Positions 12,721 to 26,481 of a stretch of 64,000 nt of DNA are shown piece by piece. The notes beneath the pieces are model-generated. The model was not told the origin of the DNA. It worked only from the letters and a program-made list of their open reading frames with translations, and made no database searches. Location of the stretch: assembly GCF_964204645.1 (NCBI RefSeq), contig NC_134027.1, positions 7,534,485-7,598,484 on the forward strand, read 5' to 3'. Origin of the DNA: Tubulanus polymorphus. Lineage: Eukaryota; Animalia; Nemertea. A program made the position numbers and the translations under genes. Every line of letters begins with the position of its first letter. Within the stretch, counting starts at the first letter, position 1.

Positions 12721-15700
12721 CCCGGTTCGATGATGAAAATGGTGCAAGGCCTCCCTGGTTGTATCATGGATGTGCTATATGGTTGTATCACGGAGATCTG
12801 GCACCACCGTGGTTGATCACAGTATTCCGATTCAGATATATATTTGTTTTACTTGCTATTTACAGTTATTTTTGATTTGTGCGCTGAACAGTTGGAAATC
12901 TACACGAGCAGGCGACAGGGCCCGGAAGTTCCGCCCGATATCATACTGAAAATAAACGACTTATGAAGCGCCTGAATCTCGCGATCCGTTTAAAGTTATC
13001 ATCCGATGTACATTTTGAGTACGATTCAATTCATGTCATTTTACAAATCGAGATATATTTTCTTTAATTTTATTTTATCATTGAAATTTAAATATCATTA
13101 CGAATTGTCAAACCAATCCAAAAAAGAAATTATGTACCTGGACACAATGCATGAATTCGACGAAGAAGCAATGACACGATTGTTTTGTTAATGAATAAAT
13201 TTCCGTGTTATCATCTTGGTTTATACACAATTCATTCGTTCGAAACCTGTAGGCCCTAGTAGAGTATCTAGTAATTTTCGACATTTTTGATTTCGTCAAT
13301 TCTTGTGGTGGCTTTTAGATCTCGTGAAGTGTTTCATTCGTTTTGTCCCGACGTTGCCAGGGAGATGCTGCAGTGTGTGCGCTTTCTCAGTCATTGTCGT
13401 TATGAACATTAACGTGCTTTGCTTTTTGTGAATTAAAATTGCAAAACTGGTACTATACCCCTCGGAAAATATCCATACATTTCTTCTCATGGGGTGTTGA
13501 AAAGGATCAGACTGATGTGTCTATTTTTCCATGTAACCTGAAAATGTAAACACGGTACATCGATAAAGGTACGATAAATAGATATTTCGCAGTTATTTGC
13601 TTCTGTGAAATACACAGATGATCCACAATTCCTGGTATTGGTCAATTTTGAATAAAGGTGATCCAATGACCAGGTCACGACTGAATTAAACAGGACGGAT
13701 TCTTAGACGGGCAAATGACGAAAATAGGACGATTATTGGAAAAAATATAATTAAATGACCTTTAAGCACAGGTGATCGCATTGGAAGCTTGACAATCCGG
13801 TTTTCAAACATAATACATGTATAACAAAAATACTTCGTGTATCTTACTAACCTGTCATCAATTCGTGGTACCAACATATTCGACTAATGTTTACATTCAT
13901 TTTTCGACTGTTTTCAAAAAGGAAAATGAGATATACAGCTTTGTATCTATTGGACATTACATCAATCGGTACGGTACATTGCTGCAGTCAACGACAAGCT
14001 TCGCAAACCATCTATTTGGCGAAACCTTTGTGAATCAAAACCCAGTTAACTATAGTGTTACAGTTAAAGCTAAAAAGGGGGTCTTATATAATAACTGGTC
14101 ACCGATTAGAGACTAATTCTCAAGTAGACTAATTCACTGCATGAATTTCAAGATACATTTTACTCCATGAAATTAGTAGCTTATTTTAGTTAAGATTTCT
14201 GTTTATTTCGTATCACGTGATTATCGTCTATAGTCCTATATCGGAACACACTTGTCAACAGGAAATTTTTCGTTCAAAACTATGTGAACTATTTCAATAC
14301 AAAAAAACCGGTTATGATTCGATGATATTACTTTTATCTAGTAAATATCGTACGATTGAAAAAATAGATTGCAATTTTTCTTTTTACTGAAATAGTCTGA
14401 AAGCACGAATTTCTTTTCTTATCAAAAAGAATCAATCAGCGTTTCCAGGTGAAACTAAGGACGCAGCTGGAAAACTCAAACAATCAGGTGAAATGGGCCA
14501 ATCACAAAACGTGTTTTAGACGACAGTTGGATATAAAATGTGGTTCGATTGGTTCACAAACTGTTTACCAGTAGGCCTACTGAGTCACCAGAACGTTGCA
14601 GTGCAATAATCAACAAGGATCAATTGTAGGAGTTACACTGAAATTTTGGTTCAGACATAAATCACCATACGTACAGGTAATCTATAATTGTTACGCTGAT
14701 TTCAGTTGTATAGTTTTAGCTGTAACTTGGGCATTCTTCTCGTGTAGTTTTAATTCGCTGGCCTGGGATCATATATAAACCTATGTAGGCCTATTTTGAT
14801 ATCTTGCAGCAAAAATGAGACTGCACAATTATAAATTCATCGCACTAGCTACCAACTTGGTGAGCTCCTACACTATTGTTTGCATTTGTAATGAAAATTC
14901 TTAAGAAATTCGGTATTACTAGCCTATTAAATGTGCAGTCCTTTGCCGATCGGTCGTTGACCTGGATGAATAAAAAGCATGCAACCAGCGGTTTACTATA
15001 CGGGCTATCGTTGCAGTACTTGCTATATCAAACAGGATGAATCGATATAAAAATTATCATCAAACATTCATGTCTGCTAATCAGCAACAGAAACTGCTCC
15101 GATAGCGAAACACGGATGTATTTTCCTCGGCAATTCGGCTAGATTACAGATTTAGAAATCTAGGCTGTACGAAAATCCAATGCTAATCTGTTACCTTTAA
15201 CGTATATCAGGTCATTATTCATTATATGTACATAAAACTATACGTGATCTCAGTGAAAGAGGGACATGATAAAACTAGATTTACTTCTCCTATCAAACAA
15301 CTTTATTGACTATAGCCCCGTAGCTTATAGGCTATGTGCTTATAGGCTTATAGGCCTAGGCCTATGTGCATTTCACTTTCTTTTTGATTCATGAATATAT
15401 GAGTCAAATACATCTCAATTAAACGAGCTATCCGTGATAGCATGCGCGTTCAATACAGACGATATTCATGTCAACACGACGGTGGATATTTATTCATTAA
15501 TAATGGAGACTATAATAATTATTATATCTATAAATAGACTACAATTTTACAGGATATAATGTAGGGCCTATATCACGATATCAATACAGAAAACTGTCCT
15601 TAATTTCTCAATTATTTAAATCATTCAAAATCTCCGAGGTGAAAGCGGAACTTAAGTCTTGACTAAAAAAAGAGAAAAAAATGCAATGAGTCACAAAACA

Positions 15701-16236
15701 GCACAGCTTTTATGGATCTGACATAGGCATAGCCTACTGTGTAATGAATTCAGAGAGAAAACAGGTTCAACTAACAGAAAACAACATTTCGCATTATAGT
15801 TCCGAGAATCTAAAATATTCAATGCGGATCGAAATTTAAAATTCAAAATACAAAATAAAAAATACAAAATACAAAACTCGGGACTTGAAATCGATTTTCT
15901 ATAGGCTATTTTCAAATTGGTCAAAATCATAAGTTAAATTTTCATTTGTTGGAAATATTTCGAATGATACGAACGCTCGCTTTCAAACTTGCGCTATAGT
16001 TGGCAGGTGGTTTCAAGTGGCCTACCTATATATGCGTGCAATACAAAAGCTAAATATGAATTTGCTATCAGACATATACGGCCATATTGACAAGGAATAT
16101 ATGCACAGTCTACTTTCTTGAAGTATGAATTCGAAAATATCTTATAAAAATTATTTCTTATAAATATGATTGTACAATAATATGATATAAATCAATAAAC
16201 TGAATGCCGGTGTAAATACTTTTTTCAGTTTTCAAT

Positions 16237-17181
16237 ATGTCTGACTTTCAAGCTAAAGTAAAAGAGTTCACAAAATCAGCATCGGCTGGCAAAAGCGATT
16301 TAGTCACGTCGAAATGTTTGAAGAAAATGAATGTAGACTGCAAACTTCAATCGGTTACTGGAATGGACCAGAACACTCTTGATATTAAATTCTCTGGAGC
16401 TATGAGCAAAATTGGCGCTAAAGGGTAAGCCCGATTAGGTGACGACTTCGATGAGAAATACTTTACGCCACATCGTGTTCTTGTGGTAAAATTTGAATTA
16501 CTAGCGTTATCTTTCTGGGGGTCGGGAATCTGTGTGTATGAACCTCCAACCGAAACAAGTTCACGATTCTATCGCGCCCATCATAACCTAATTTCAGTGG
16601 AATGACCGCAGCACAATTTTGCGACACGTTCGTCCCTCAATATCTTGCTCCCGAAGTTGCTAAGGCCAAGAAGAAGTCGGCTGAAGATGTACAGAAAGCC
16701 ATTATGGATAAGATATGTGGCGGAAGTGCCGCCGCCCATGGTACAACAGTAAGTCCCACCGTCGCAAGAACGTCGCAAGAAATGTTTTTTTTTCTAATCT
16801 TAAAATAGGAATTGTCCCTGTTTATTTGGCTGGCAAATTTCGTTTGATTTTTCGATTGAGTGTCCCTTGCAGACCCACCACACCTGCCGGGAGCGAAACA
16901 TATAAATTTTTTTTGTTTAAATCGAAGTACATGATTGGAAATTCGGTTCCGGTTCATTCGAAATGGTCCTGTTGGGTAGCACAATCATATTTTTCTTTCA
17001 GAAAACTGTTAAAGCTGGAGGGGTAGACAGGCTGACGGACACGTCGAAATATACAGGCGCCCACAAAGAAAGATTTGATTGCGAAGGAAAGGGCAAGGGA
17101 ATTGCTGGACGTGAGGATGTGGCCAAAAATACCGGCTATGTCGGTAACTACCAAGGCGAAGGCACATACGACAAAAAATAA
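16237..17181 (+). CDS. TPPP: Tubulin polymerization-promoting protein (p25alpha family); exons 16237-16424, 16598-16748, 17002-17181
   Basis: [21 protein letters not shown] and GKGKGIAGR motifs, C-terminal [15 protein letters not shown], and GT-AG introns that join the ORF pieces in frame. Confidence 0.95.
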
Positions 17182-18057
17182 ATTACAGGGACGCCAAAAC
17201 GCGATGATAATATTTGAAAGTCAAATAGACAGCCATGACTGCAAACGAATGACTACGAATTACTACAATGCATAGTGTTATAAAATTGTTATGTATTTTA
17301 TACCACTAACAAATATTTCCGCGCCATGATATTCAAAAATTTCAAATTTATCATTTGTTCCAAGTTGTGCATATATATCATATACATGTATCCTTTCTAA
17401 GGGACCTTTCTTCCGAGTAAGGATAGATTTCTTTAGTCTAAACTGCTGAAAAATCATATATATTCTTATGTACCGTATATCTGCTTTTTATCATTGTGCC
17501 AATATAAGACCTTAACGGTTTTGGTAATGAATCTTTATCTTTCGAAAAGTAGACACAGAATTTCTTCTTAGGACATCTTCCGTCTCTAATTGGCAGGGTA
17601 AATATTATCAAGTATGTATGCAATTCTTCTAGCGTCACTGTAATCCTCATCGATTTTCCGTCCACTGTGTCAGAAGATAAGTTGGAATCGACGCAAAATA
17701 GTTAAGCCATAGATCATGGCAAAAACAATTTCTAGGAAAGTTAATCGTTTTACGATATCTTCAAGTATTTCAAACAGCCGACTCGCCATTATTTCACCAA
17801 ACAAGAAATGTGCATTACATCATTATCTCTGTTACAACAAAATTTAGCTGTTTTAAAACATTAAATGTGTTGAGATTTGTGTGTAAACATTCCTAAAAGG
17901 AAATATAGTGATAGTAAATGTGAAATACGTGTTTCTTCAATTATCTCCCGATGGCCACGGAGCAGGTTTCTGGCGATCTGAACTTGTGAGGGTACGTACA
18001 AAATAGATACATTTACGATTAGTATGCGTACTTCCCTAATTATAAATTTCGTATATA

Positions 18058-18215
18058 CAGCGGAACCTCCTCATAACGACCTTGGATACAAACGGTCCTG
18101 TTTATCGGTTATTACACCTAGAATTTCGTCCCAAATAGGAAAATTCTAATTATTTCATACTGTATATAAGGAACTTCAGGGCCCCAGAGAAGTTCGTTGT
18201 GGCGAGGTTCCACTG
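18058..18215. mobile_element. Tc1/mariner-pogo-type MITE
   Basis: TA|CAGCGGAACCTCCTCATAACGA ... TCGTTGTGGCGAGGTTCCACTG|TA: imperfect TIRs with a TA target duplication. Confidence 0.75.
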
Positions 18216-19680
18216 TACTTATTCTTCGAAATCCGGCATGTGAAAAGACCATGACGTGTGCCCTTACTTTCATCAAGTTTTGTATCATCAATGAGGTGAA
18301 CGGATGGGTGGAGATCAGTGCTACCACCAGCAGATTCTCAGCAATAACCGGTCATTCTTCGGATGAGAAAAGGAACAAATTTTAGTTACGATATAAATTC
18401 ATTTATTTATCAAATCTAATAGGCTATTATACACGGCACAACACAAAATAAACCTATAGCCTCTTCCCACAAAACTGCTCACTATAACAAGGCACGTCGA
18501 GACCTACACTTTTCTTACAATTGATAAACTGGAATGTTACAAAGAACTTACGTACATTGTATATCTTTTTTAGTAATCGAAAATACTAAACAGTGAAAAC
18601 TTAATACAACATGTACAATCAAAATTCTAAAACTACACGATCATCGTTTGAAAAAATGACACATCCACAACTTCTCTACCACTAGTACTACCATTAGATA
18701 CATAATAACGTTATTTAAGGTAACCAGTCCAGCTGGTTATATACGTAATATTTTCTTGTACATAAAGTTGCAGCTCAGTAAATTCGTCGATATGCATGCT
18801 ACTACATGTATTTACAATTTCTTATGTTGGACTAAAATGGACTTTTTGTAATCACGAATTCAGGACATTATACGAAGAGCAAGATTTTCGAAATTTTACC
18901 CACAAATCACATGCGCGTACACCACTTAGTAATTTTGGTCCGGAATTCTTTGAGATAATTAAGATTTAGTTAATATGACAATTCATACATATGTACATAT
19001 ATATTCTGTATTCTATTGTACAATATACTTCTAAACGTAGTGTGAACATCCGGTTATTACCTATATTTGACCATATGATTTCCCTGCCACTTCACAATTA
19101 TTCAGACTCAATACCCATCTTACATTGCAGTACGGGTATTTCATAGAATGCAGAGCAGGAGGGAGTCAAAAATGCAATTTCAAAATGAAGTGCTTGGTAT
19201 TCAATACTGTTACATTCTCTGCCACAAATTTTGATTTAGAAATTAACACATATAAAATGCAAATGTTGGTATTACTAATCATAATAGACTCATATAATAA
19301 TTTTGATAAACATATAATGAAGTTTAAGTAGAGTCTACTGCTTACAAGAAATTCAAACCATTACATACATTTTCATAGGCATAACATAACATCAAATGGT
19401 TGGGGGTGGGAATGGAAGAATATAATAATACTTAGTTTAAGAAATAAAACCTCCATGATGGAATTTAAAATCTTCAATCACCGGATGCAATCATTTTTCT
19501 TCTTACAAGCACACATGCAAAGATGCAGCCTAAACAAGACAACTGATGTTCAACGATCTTGATTAAGGATAATGCATGCAGCGTCAATAACCATTTACGC
19601 ACACCCGGCCCATATACACATATTCTAGGAATGACGATATAATGGATTTTATGTCTCATCCTCTGTAGATGTGCACTGCA

Positions 19681-22600
19681 CTAATGACCATTAATGAGAG
19701 AGTTCTCAACTGATGAATTCATCTGCGATGTCATCGTTTTCTTCAGTTGATTATAGCTCCAGTGAAGTTGCTGAACGTCTGCGTGGTGGCGCTTTTTACT
19801 ATCGTCGATTTCTCGCAGCAGATGGTCATTAGTTTCAACCAAAGATCTGGAAAGGATTTAAGGTTTGAAAGTTTAAGTTGAAATTACTTGATGTACTCAA
19901 AAAGATAAGGTTTTGTTCATGTGTAACATACTTGTGACTTTCTTGTAACATATTTGCAAGTTCTTGCATTTTCGAATATTGTTTCAAACGGATTTTCAAA
20001 ACTTCAATTTCTTGTTGCAAACCCTGGTTTTGTCGTTGAATTTCATCTGCAACAAAAATTCAATCATCTTATTGATACAGTTTGTACCTACCAGGACAAA
20101 TCATTCAACAGATTTTCAAAAATACATATGTACCAATCAAAACATATTTTTGCTAAATTGTTACCGCTGAACTATTAAAAACTGACTAACCAGTAGCTAC
20201 AGAGGAGTTAGTTATCTGAGTAGCAGTTGTTGTTGATGCAGATAACTCAAGTTCATTAATCTTTTTCTGTAAGTTTTTATTCTCTTCAATCGTTTTCTGT
20301 AGTTGATGTCTTAGCCATTCCTACAAGATCAAGAACTGAGTGAGCTTATCCATTTACCTTACAGACATATGGGTCTCCCCTAGAACAAATTCTCGCCATA
20401 AAATGGCCCAAAATAGTTGAAACATGAATCAAAATACCAACACTACTTGACTTACCACATCTTTTTTGGCTTGATCAAGGCTATCACTCAATTCACGACT
20501 GTCATCTGCAGTACTCCTCGAATGTTCCTTCAATGTGCTGTTGTCATTTGAAAGTTGCGACACACGAGTTTGTAAATGTTTCAATTTATCATTTGAAGGA
20601 TGCGCTGCCTGTGCTAAAAATTCCTTGATGACTCGATCAGCCATAACTACGAAAACAGCAAAATAACTATTACAACTGTTTTGTTCATAGTTTAATACAA
20701 TGTACCGTCTATTCAAATTGGTAACCATTCACTCACCATTGAATTTAGGATGTTTATGCAGTGATTTTGATCCATTCCAGTATTTATCGACCAAATCACA
20801 GATCTGATACAGAAAACTACTATATTCAGAAAGTGGTTCACCATGTGCTTTATGATCCACCGGTGCAGGCCCAGTTGATACCTGCAAATATCAAGATACA
20901 AGTAACAGATACATCAATTTAAACACGTTTCAACAAGTATAAAATGAGAAGACTCAACCTACCTCAGTGTTATATGGTGGTATCATAGGTGGTGGTCCGA
21001 TGTTAGGATATTGGTAATAAGGCGGCATTCCAGTTGGCGGTAGTGAGGCGAACTGTTCTGGATAATGAGGAAATGCTGCAGGATGGTATGGCACAGTGTT
21101 GGCTGGGAACGTCGGTGGCATTGACGAGATTGGAGCTCCTAAAATCAAAACATTTTAAGTCAATTTGTCAAGATTTATGTTAATTCAAAATAATGTTGAG
21201 TAACATTTGTAGCAGTTATGTATAGCTTGAAATAGAGGAGCTGATAGTTTACCTGGATGAGGTGTAAAATTGCCTTCTGCTTTGACATTAACTCTATTGT
21301 AAGCATCAGCTTCGTCTTGGAACTTTAAATTTGGATCATCTCTAAAATTTGTCATAAAATTCAATAACGGAAATTATGATAGATTTGGCTTAGGATAATT
21401 GTTTACATAATCTGATCTCTTTTAAAACTAACCTATTTTTCACTTTCGCAAGTTCAGCCCAGTTTTGTAGTTGAATGTCACCTAGAGTTGTCTTGCTTGT
21501 GATATGAGGATACTTCTCTTCAGCTGAATAAATTGATTAATATATTAATCGATTATTGGGAAATCAAAAGGACATGACTGTCGAGTTACGTTGAAAATAA
21601 TACTAACCATTTTCAGCAGGTTGCGTCCCCAAAGTCGTTCTCTTTCTATTTTTCCCTTCTTCGACAAGCTGAAAATATAAAATTCACGTTCACACCACGC
21701 TAAAAATGGTTTACTTTGCTGTTTTGTTGCAACCCTCAGAAAATGGTAATAGCCCGCATTAGAAAAATACAAACCTTCTCAGGTTTCTCACCGTCTTTCA
21801 TGGGTGGGGTATACCGGATGTTGTCTTGATTTTTCTCCAATTGAAGAATTTCTGTAAAATATTATCACCGTACACAAAATGGCCGATGCATAATTGAGCA
21901 ATGAAATGTTTAGAACATGGACTTACGATCGGTCGAGTAGACCTTTATCTCTGGAATATCGGCTTTTGATCCAGTTATCTCGCGAGGTTTAGACATGTTT
22001 ATTCCACCGGTTCGAGCGATTAAATCCAACAATTCGACATCATCATCATCTAGAGCTGATGTTTTTTTCATGTTATTGATCATATCCACCCTTGGATTGT
22101 TCTGTTTGGAGGGAGTTTGATTTTGTTCCATTTTTGCGTCTTTGAATTCGACCGCCTGGTCGGTACTGTAGTGAATCAGTGCTGCTTTACGTTCGCCATC
22201 TCTCACTGAGCGGTCATCTGAAACAATCATTAACACTCTCTCAATCCTCAGTGTTTTATTAAAGTCATTCAATCCGGGCTAAATCTTCCTCTAAAATGCA
22301 GTCACCGTAAGGCTATTGAGATTATCATAATCAAAGCGGAGCATATCAAGAAGTACAGCAGTTAATCTCACTCACTGCTCACTTGTGCACAATGAAATAT
22401 TCACAAAGCTACCAGCCTATTTAATATTGAATCCATGTCCATTCAAGAAGCTTTGAACAAACAATAGTCCACACAATAGATCATTTCTATTGGTAATCTC
22501 TTAAATCAACATTTAGAATGCAAGTACGGGCAATAACTAAAAACAATAACAGAAATCAATGAAATATTCGAATCAATATTTCATCCACATATTTACATTA

Positions 22601-24376
22601 TTAGAGCCCTGAATCCAAGGTAATGGTAGAGAGTCAAGGCTTGATGGGGAGTCTCTTGCGTTAATATGCAATTTGACGCAATACAGCCTATTTTAAAGTA
22701 ACTTTGCACGAGTTTATCAAGAAATAGGCCCTATATTGTACATGTATATAGCCTCAAAATGAAACTGGTACTATATTGCAAACAACAAAATTTCCATTAC
22801 CTAACATTTTCAGATTTGGCAGCATATGTATAAGAAACAGCCTGTAATCTGGTTCATTTCTAGTGACTGGATTCAAACGTAAATCCAGTTCAGTTAAATT
22901 CTGATTACTTCGCAGTTTATACAATTCATCCAATGTGTCGATATTGTTGTAATAGCTGCCAATGAGTTAAGATATAAAAACATAATTGAGTTTTGTTACA
23001 GAGCATAGAATATTAAACTTTAACGCATGTACGACCCTCAGAATGAACTTTTTTTCATCTAGCAAGTGATAAGCAAAATCATTCTTTATTTTCAGAATAT
23101 GATCGATGAATGAAGGATACAGATTAAGTTTCTCCAGAAGTTGAAGATGATCAATACCCTGTTGAGGAAAGAAAAACAAGAATTTTAATCCAAGATTTAC
23201 TCATCCATGATTATGACCATTTAACTTTTGTACTTACATCAAGTGACTCTAAACAATTTCTTGAGAGGTCTAGTTGCTTCAATCTTGTGAATTTCTTAAA
23301 AGCGTTTCCTAGCAGGCTAATTTTTTCATGGTAGGTACCCGGTAATGTTAATGACCGCACATCCTCTGAAAAAGAATCCAAAAATATCAAAATGTTAAAA
23401 TTTACTCGTAAAATCAGAGTTTCAACCATTATCAAGGAATGACATTATCATTTGGCTTTATGATTGTTAGACCTGTACTTAGCCCAAATGTATATTCATG
23501 GCAAAGTTTTTACCTACTCGACATATAATTAAGGCTGTGGTTATTTTGCCGGATCCGGTCACCGACTTCTGAAGGATATTTTGTCGGATATCGTCGTGAA
23601 TTGGCTGATTTATTCCGCGCATGCGCAGAGAGGTGCGCATCTTAGAAAATTCGAAGGAAGTGTGGAGAACAGAGTTTGAGAAAATAGAGCAGATAGAGCG
23701 ATACTCGAACCCGGGCCAGTAAATTACTAGTGCAGCGTCTCCCCACAAGACCACCGAGCTCGCTGAAAACCAACTGAATGTTTTAACTACATATAGCCTC
23801 ACCTTACCGTAAACCTATCCCTAGTTGTGAAACGGAACCCTCTCTGGACCCTCTTCTCACCCTCTTGACAGTAATCAAAATCCTAACCCTAAACCCAATA
23901 AAATGATTTTCTTGTTATATAATATATGGATCCGGCAAAATTTCTTTTATAAGTCCGTAACCGGATCTGGCTGCCACTTCCTATGATTAATTGCATTCTA
24001 TTTGTTTATAAGCTGAACCCAAGTAGGACTCAGAGTCAGACTGGGGGACCGTCATTCCAACCCAGCCTAATATGGCTTTATAAAGGATGACTTAGGGAAT
24101 GAGGGAGAAATATTTCTGATGAACCGAGGCGTGATGAAAATCGAAACGGGATACAAATAAAGTACATTTGAATTGTAATTGACTTCTCTTTTTTTAAAAA
24201 TTTGTTTCGACTCGGTGAAGGTGACCAGAACTATCCAAAAATGAACCTAGAAGAGAAAGATTTGTGCTTTTTTTCTCATAATTACTGAACATAAGCGATA
24301 AACACGTACCTAAATTGTCAGTTTTCAACTGAACTCTGTCGCGAACCCAGGCGTCCGTGATAGTCACCGTCGCCAT
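19681..24376 (-). CDS. CEP72: Centrosomal protein CEP72 / LRRC36 family (N-terminal LRRs, C-terminal coiled coil), multi-exon
   Basis: MATVTITDAWVRDRV..., DVRSLTLPGTYHEKISLLGNAFKKFTRLKQLDLSRNCLESL, LEKLNLYYNNI, and C-terminal LQESHKSLVETNDHLL...LHWSYNQLKKT; stop TAG at 19681-19683. Confidence 0.9.
22956..23120 (-). other. U12-type (minor spliceosome) GT-AG intron in CEP72
   Basis: Donor GTATCCTT; branch site TCTTAAC about 10 nt before the CAG acceptor; splicing restores LNL|YYNNID in frame. Confidence 0.85.
23690..23765 (-). mobile_element. Degenerate tRNA-derived (SINE-like) fragment inside a repeat-like insert (~23544-23940) in CEP72 intron 1
   Basis: Minus strand has GGGTTCGAGT (B-box-like) and an upstream A-box-like stretch; the region is bracketed by the inverted ttttgccggatcc / ggatccggcaaaa. 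Confidence 0.35.
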
Positions 24377-24788
24377 TTTCAAACAAAAATCTCCATGCAC
24401 TTCGTAACTGGTAAATTACAGTCTTCTCAAGGTCGTCGAGTCGAGCGGCAATCAAAAAAGCCAAGATTCGAACGCATTTTAAGTGAATTATAATTGGTCA
24501 AACCACAGGAACTTGACACGATTTCATTATATCTGGATCATATTAGTAACTTAGTTTCATAATCGGGTAAAAGTGCAGATCTGCACCTCTCCGCGTAAAC
24601 GGTTCAATCAATTACATTAAATATCATTGTTGGACGTGCTAATTTCACATTTCATGATGATTATCTTGGACGCATTAGTGTTGGTGTAACTGCTTTGCTA
24701 GGCCTAAGTACATTCCCTTTTTATATTCACGCAGCCAACTGACAATGTTGGGCTAGGCAAATTCATAACTGAACTGGGTACACTCCTC
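24377..24788. promoter_or_regulatory. Probable bidirectional promoter between head-to-head CEP72 and the AlbA_2 gene
   Basis: Start codons diverge about 410 bp apart; a YY1-like AAAATGGCG overlaps the CEP72 start. Confidence 0.5.
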
Positions 24789-26481
24789 ATGGATTTTACA
24801 AAAGGAATCAACAACAATGATGTTTCATCCTCGAGAAGAAAGATTAAAAAATATTACGTTAGTAACACAGTCGTGCCATTTGAAGAGGACGCAACACATG
24901 AGTTTAAAGGTCATAAGAATTTCACATCTGAGGAAGTTCCACCCTGGGCTTTCCAAACTGGTACTGATCGCCCGAGTCGTCAACCTGTATCGAAGTATGT
25001 GACCAACCCAATCATATGGGATCATTTGTAAAAATAGAAGTCTAAAGATATATCTGAAAATAGAATAGAGTTCTGGTCTTATGTACCCGGTAATTATCTT
25101 TTACTTTTTATTACAGGGCGATAAATGGATTTCTGAATAGTGGAATTGGTGGCACAGTTTATCTGGGAATTGTTGATGATGGGTCTGTGAAAGGAATGGT
25201 ATTAACTCAATATCAGGTACTCCTATCAAGATCAAATTTCACTATAAAGCCTAGAAATCTGTATAATTTAGTCTTCTTTAAATTACTTATGATAAAGCAG
25301 AGGATTTCATGGTGATCACCTTTTCAACCAGATTAATTATATACATGAGGCGCGTTGGAAGCAATTTTTGATTGCTGCCGTCAAATGCCGATTTTGGACA
25401 GGTTATAAATATTGCCACGGCGAATTTACTTAATTTCTTCAAAAACGTGGTATTCAACGAAAAAAAACATCATTCAGTAAATTATTGCCTGCAGTCACTA
25501 CTTTTCCAACGCCACTAGGTTAATGCTTGATATTTGAATAATTCTGCTAATTCATCATTTCAGATGGATCATATTGTGGCTAGTGTAGATGATCTGATGT
25601 CGCGATATTCACCTCCTGTTCAGTCACACAGATATAAGATCAAATTCGTACCATGTGTATCTAAGAATGCGACTGATGATGAAATAGCTATTCAAAGTTC
25701 GTTTGATCAACGGTTTGTGTCTCAAAAGTACAAGTCAAATAGATAGTTGTCATTCAATTGACATCCCTAGAAGGATTTTATCATATTTGAATGGGTGTTT
25801 TAATTTTTGTAGCAAAACAGTGGATCCTAAGTTAAGGTTGAGACCGCATAGACTAGGCCTAAGATCAAGAGATTATTGCTGGTGCGACAAAGATTGTCAG
25901 GCTCGTACAAATCATGTCAGTTAAATATTTTTCACTTTTTGGATAAGAAATCATGACCGCAACTGGGGCCTTGATCAGAACCAGTAATGCTTTATTTAGA
26001 ATAAATGGCTTCCAGAATACGTCATTGAAATCATCATCAAACAATGGGATCCTACCGATCCACGAAATCAGGATCTAGTGTCTTCGTCATTGAAACTGTG
26101 TCCAGTGCATGAAGATGAATGTGGACGAGTCAATTTCCGAAGGCAAGCAAGCAACATTGCAGTAAGTATCGATCCATTCCATAAATTTAACAAATTGAGG
26201 CTTTTATCCTGCTCACTAATGCTCTATTTTTTATCCTGGTTTTATCTCAGTATACTCGTGAAGAAATTTTTACACTGACACAACAAGAAGCTGCATCTCA
26301 TTGGCACGATGAAATCAAAAGGTAGAACCATAAAGGTTCATTGAAAAAAAAGTGATTTTTCTTCCTATTCTACACGAACAGGTGTTAATGTAAAATTAAT
26401 TTTATTTTTAGGTTAAGGAAAGAAGTTGCCAATATACGCAAACAAGTTTTTACCATGACATCCGCTAGTGCCAGTTACTGA
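24789..26481 (+). CDS. Stand-alone Schlafen/AlbA_2 domain protein, multi-exon
   Basis: FEEDATHEFKG, AINGFLNSGIGGTVYLGIVDDGSVKG, ...MSRYSPPV and VIEIII are typical AlbA_2 motifs; GT-AG introns; stop TGA at 26479-26481. Confidence 0.85.
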
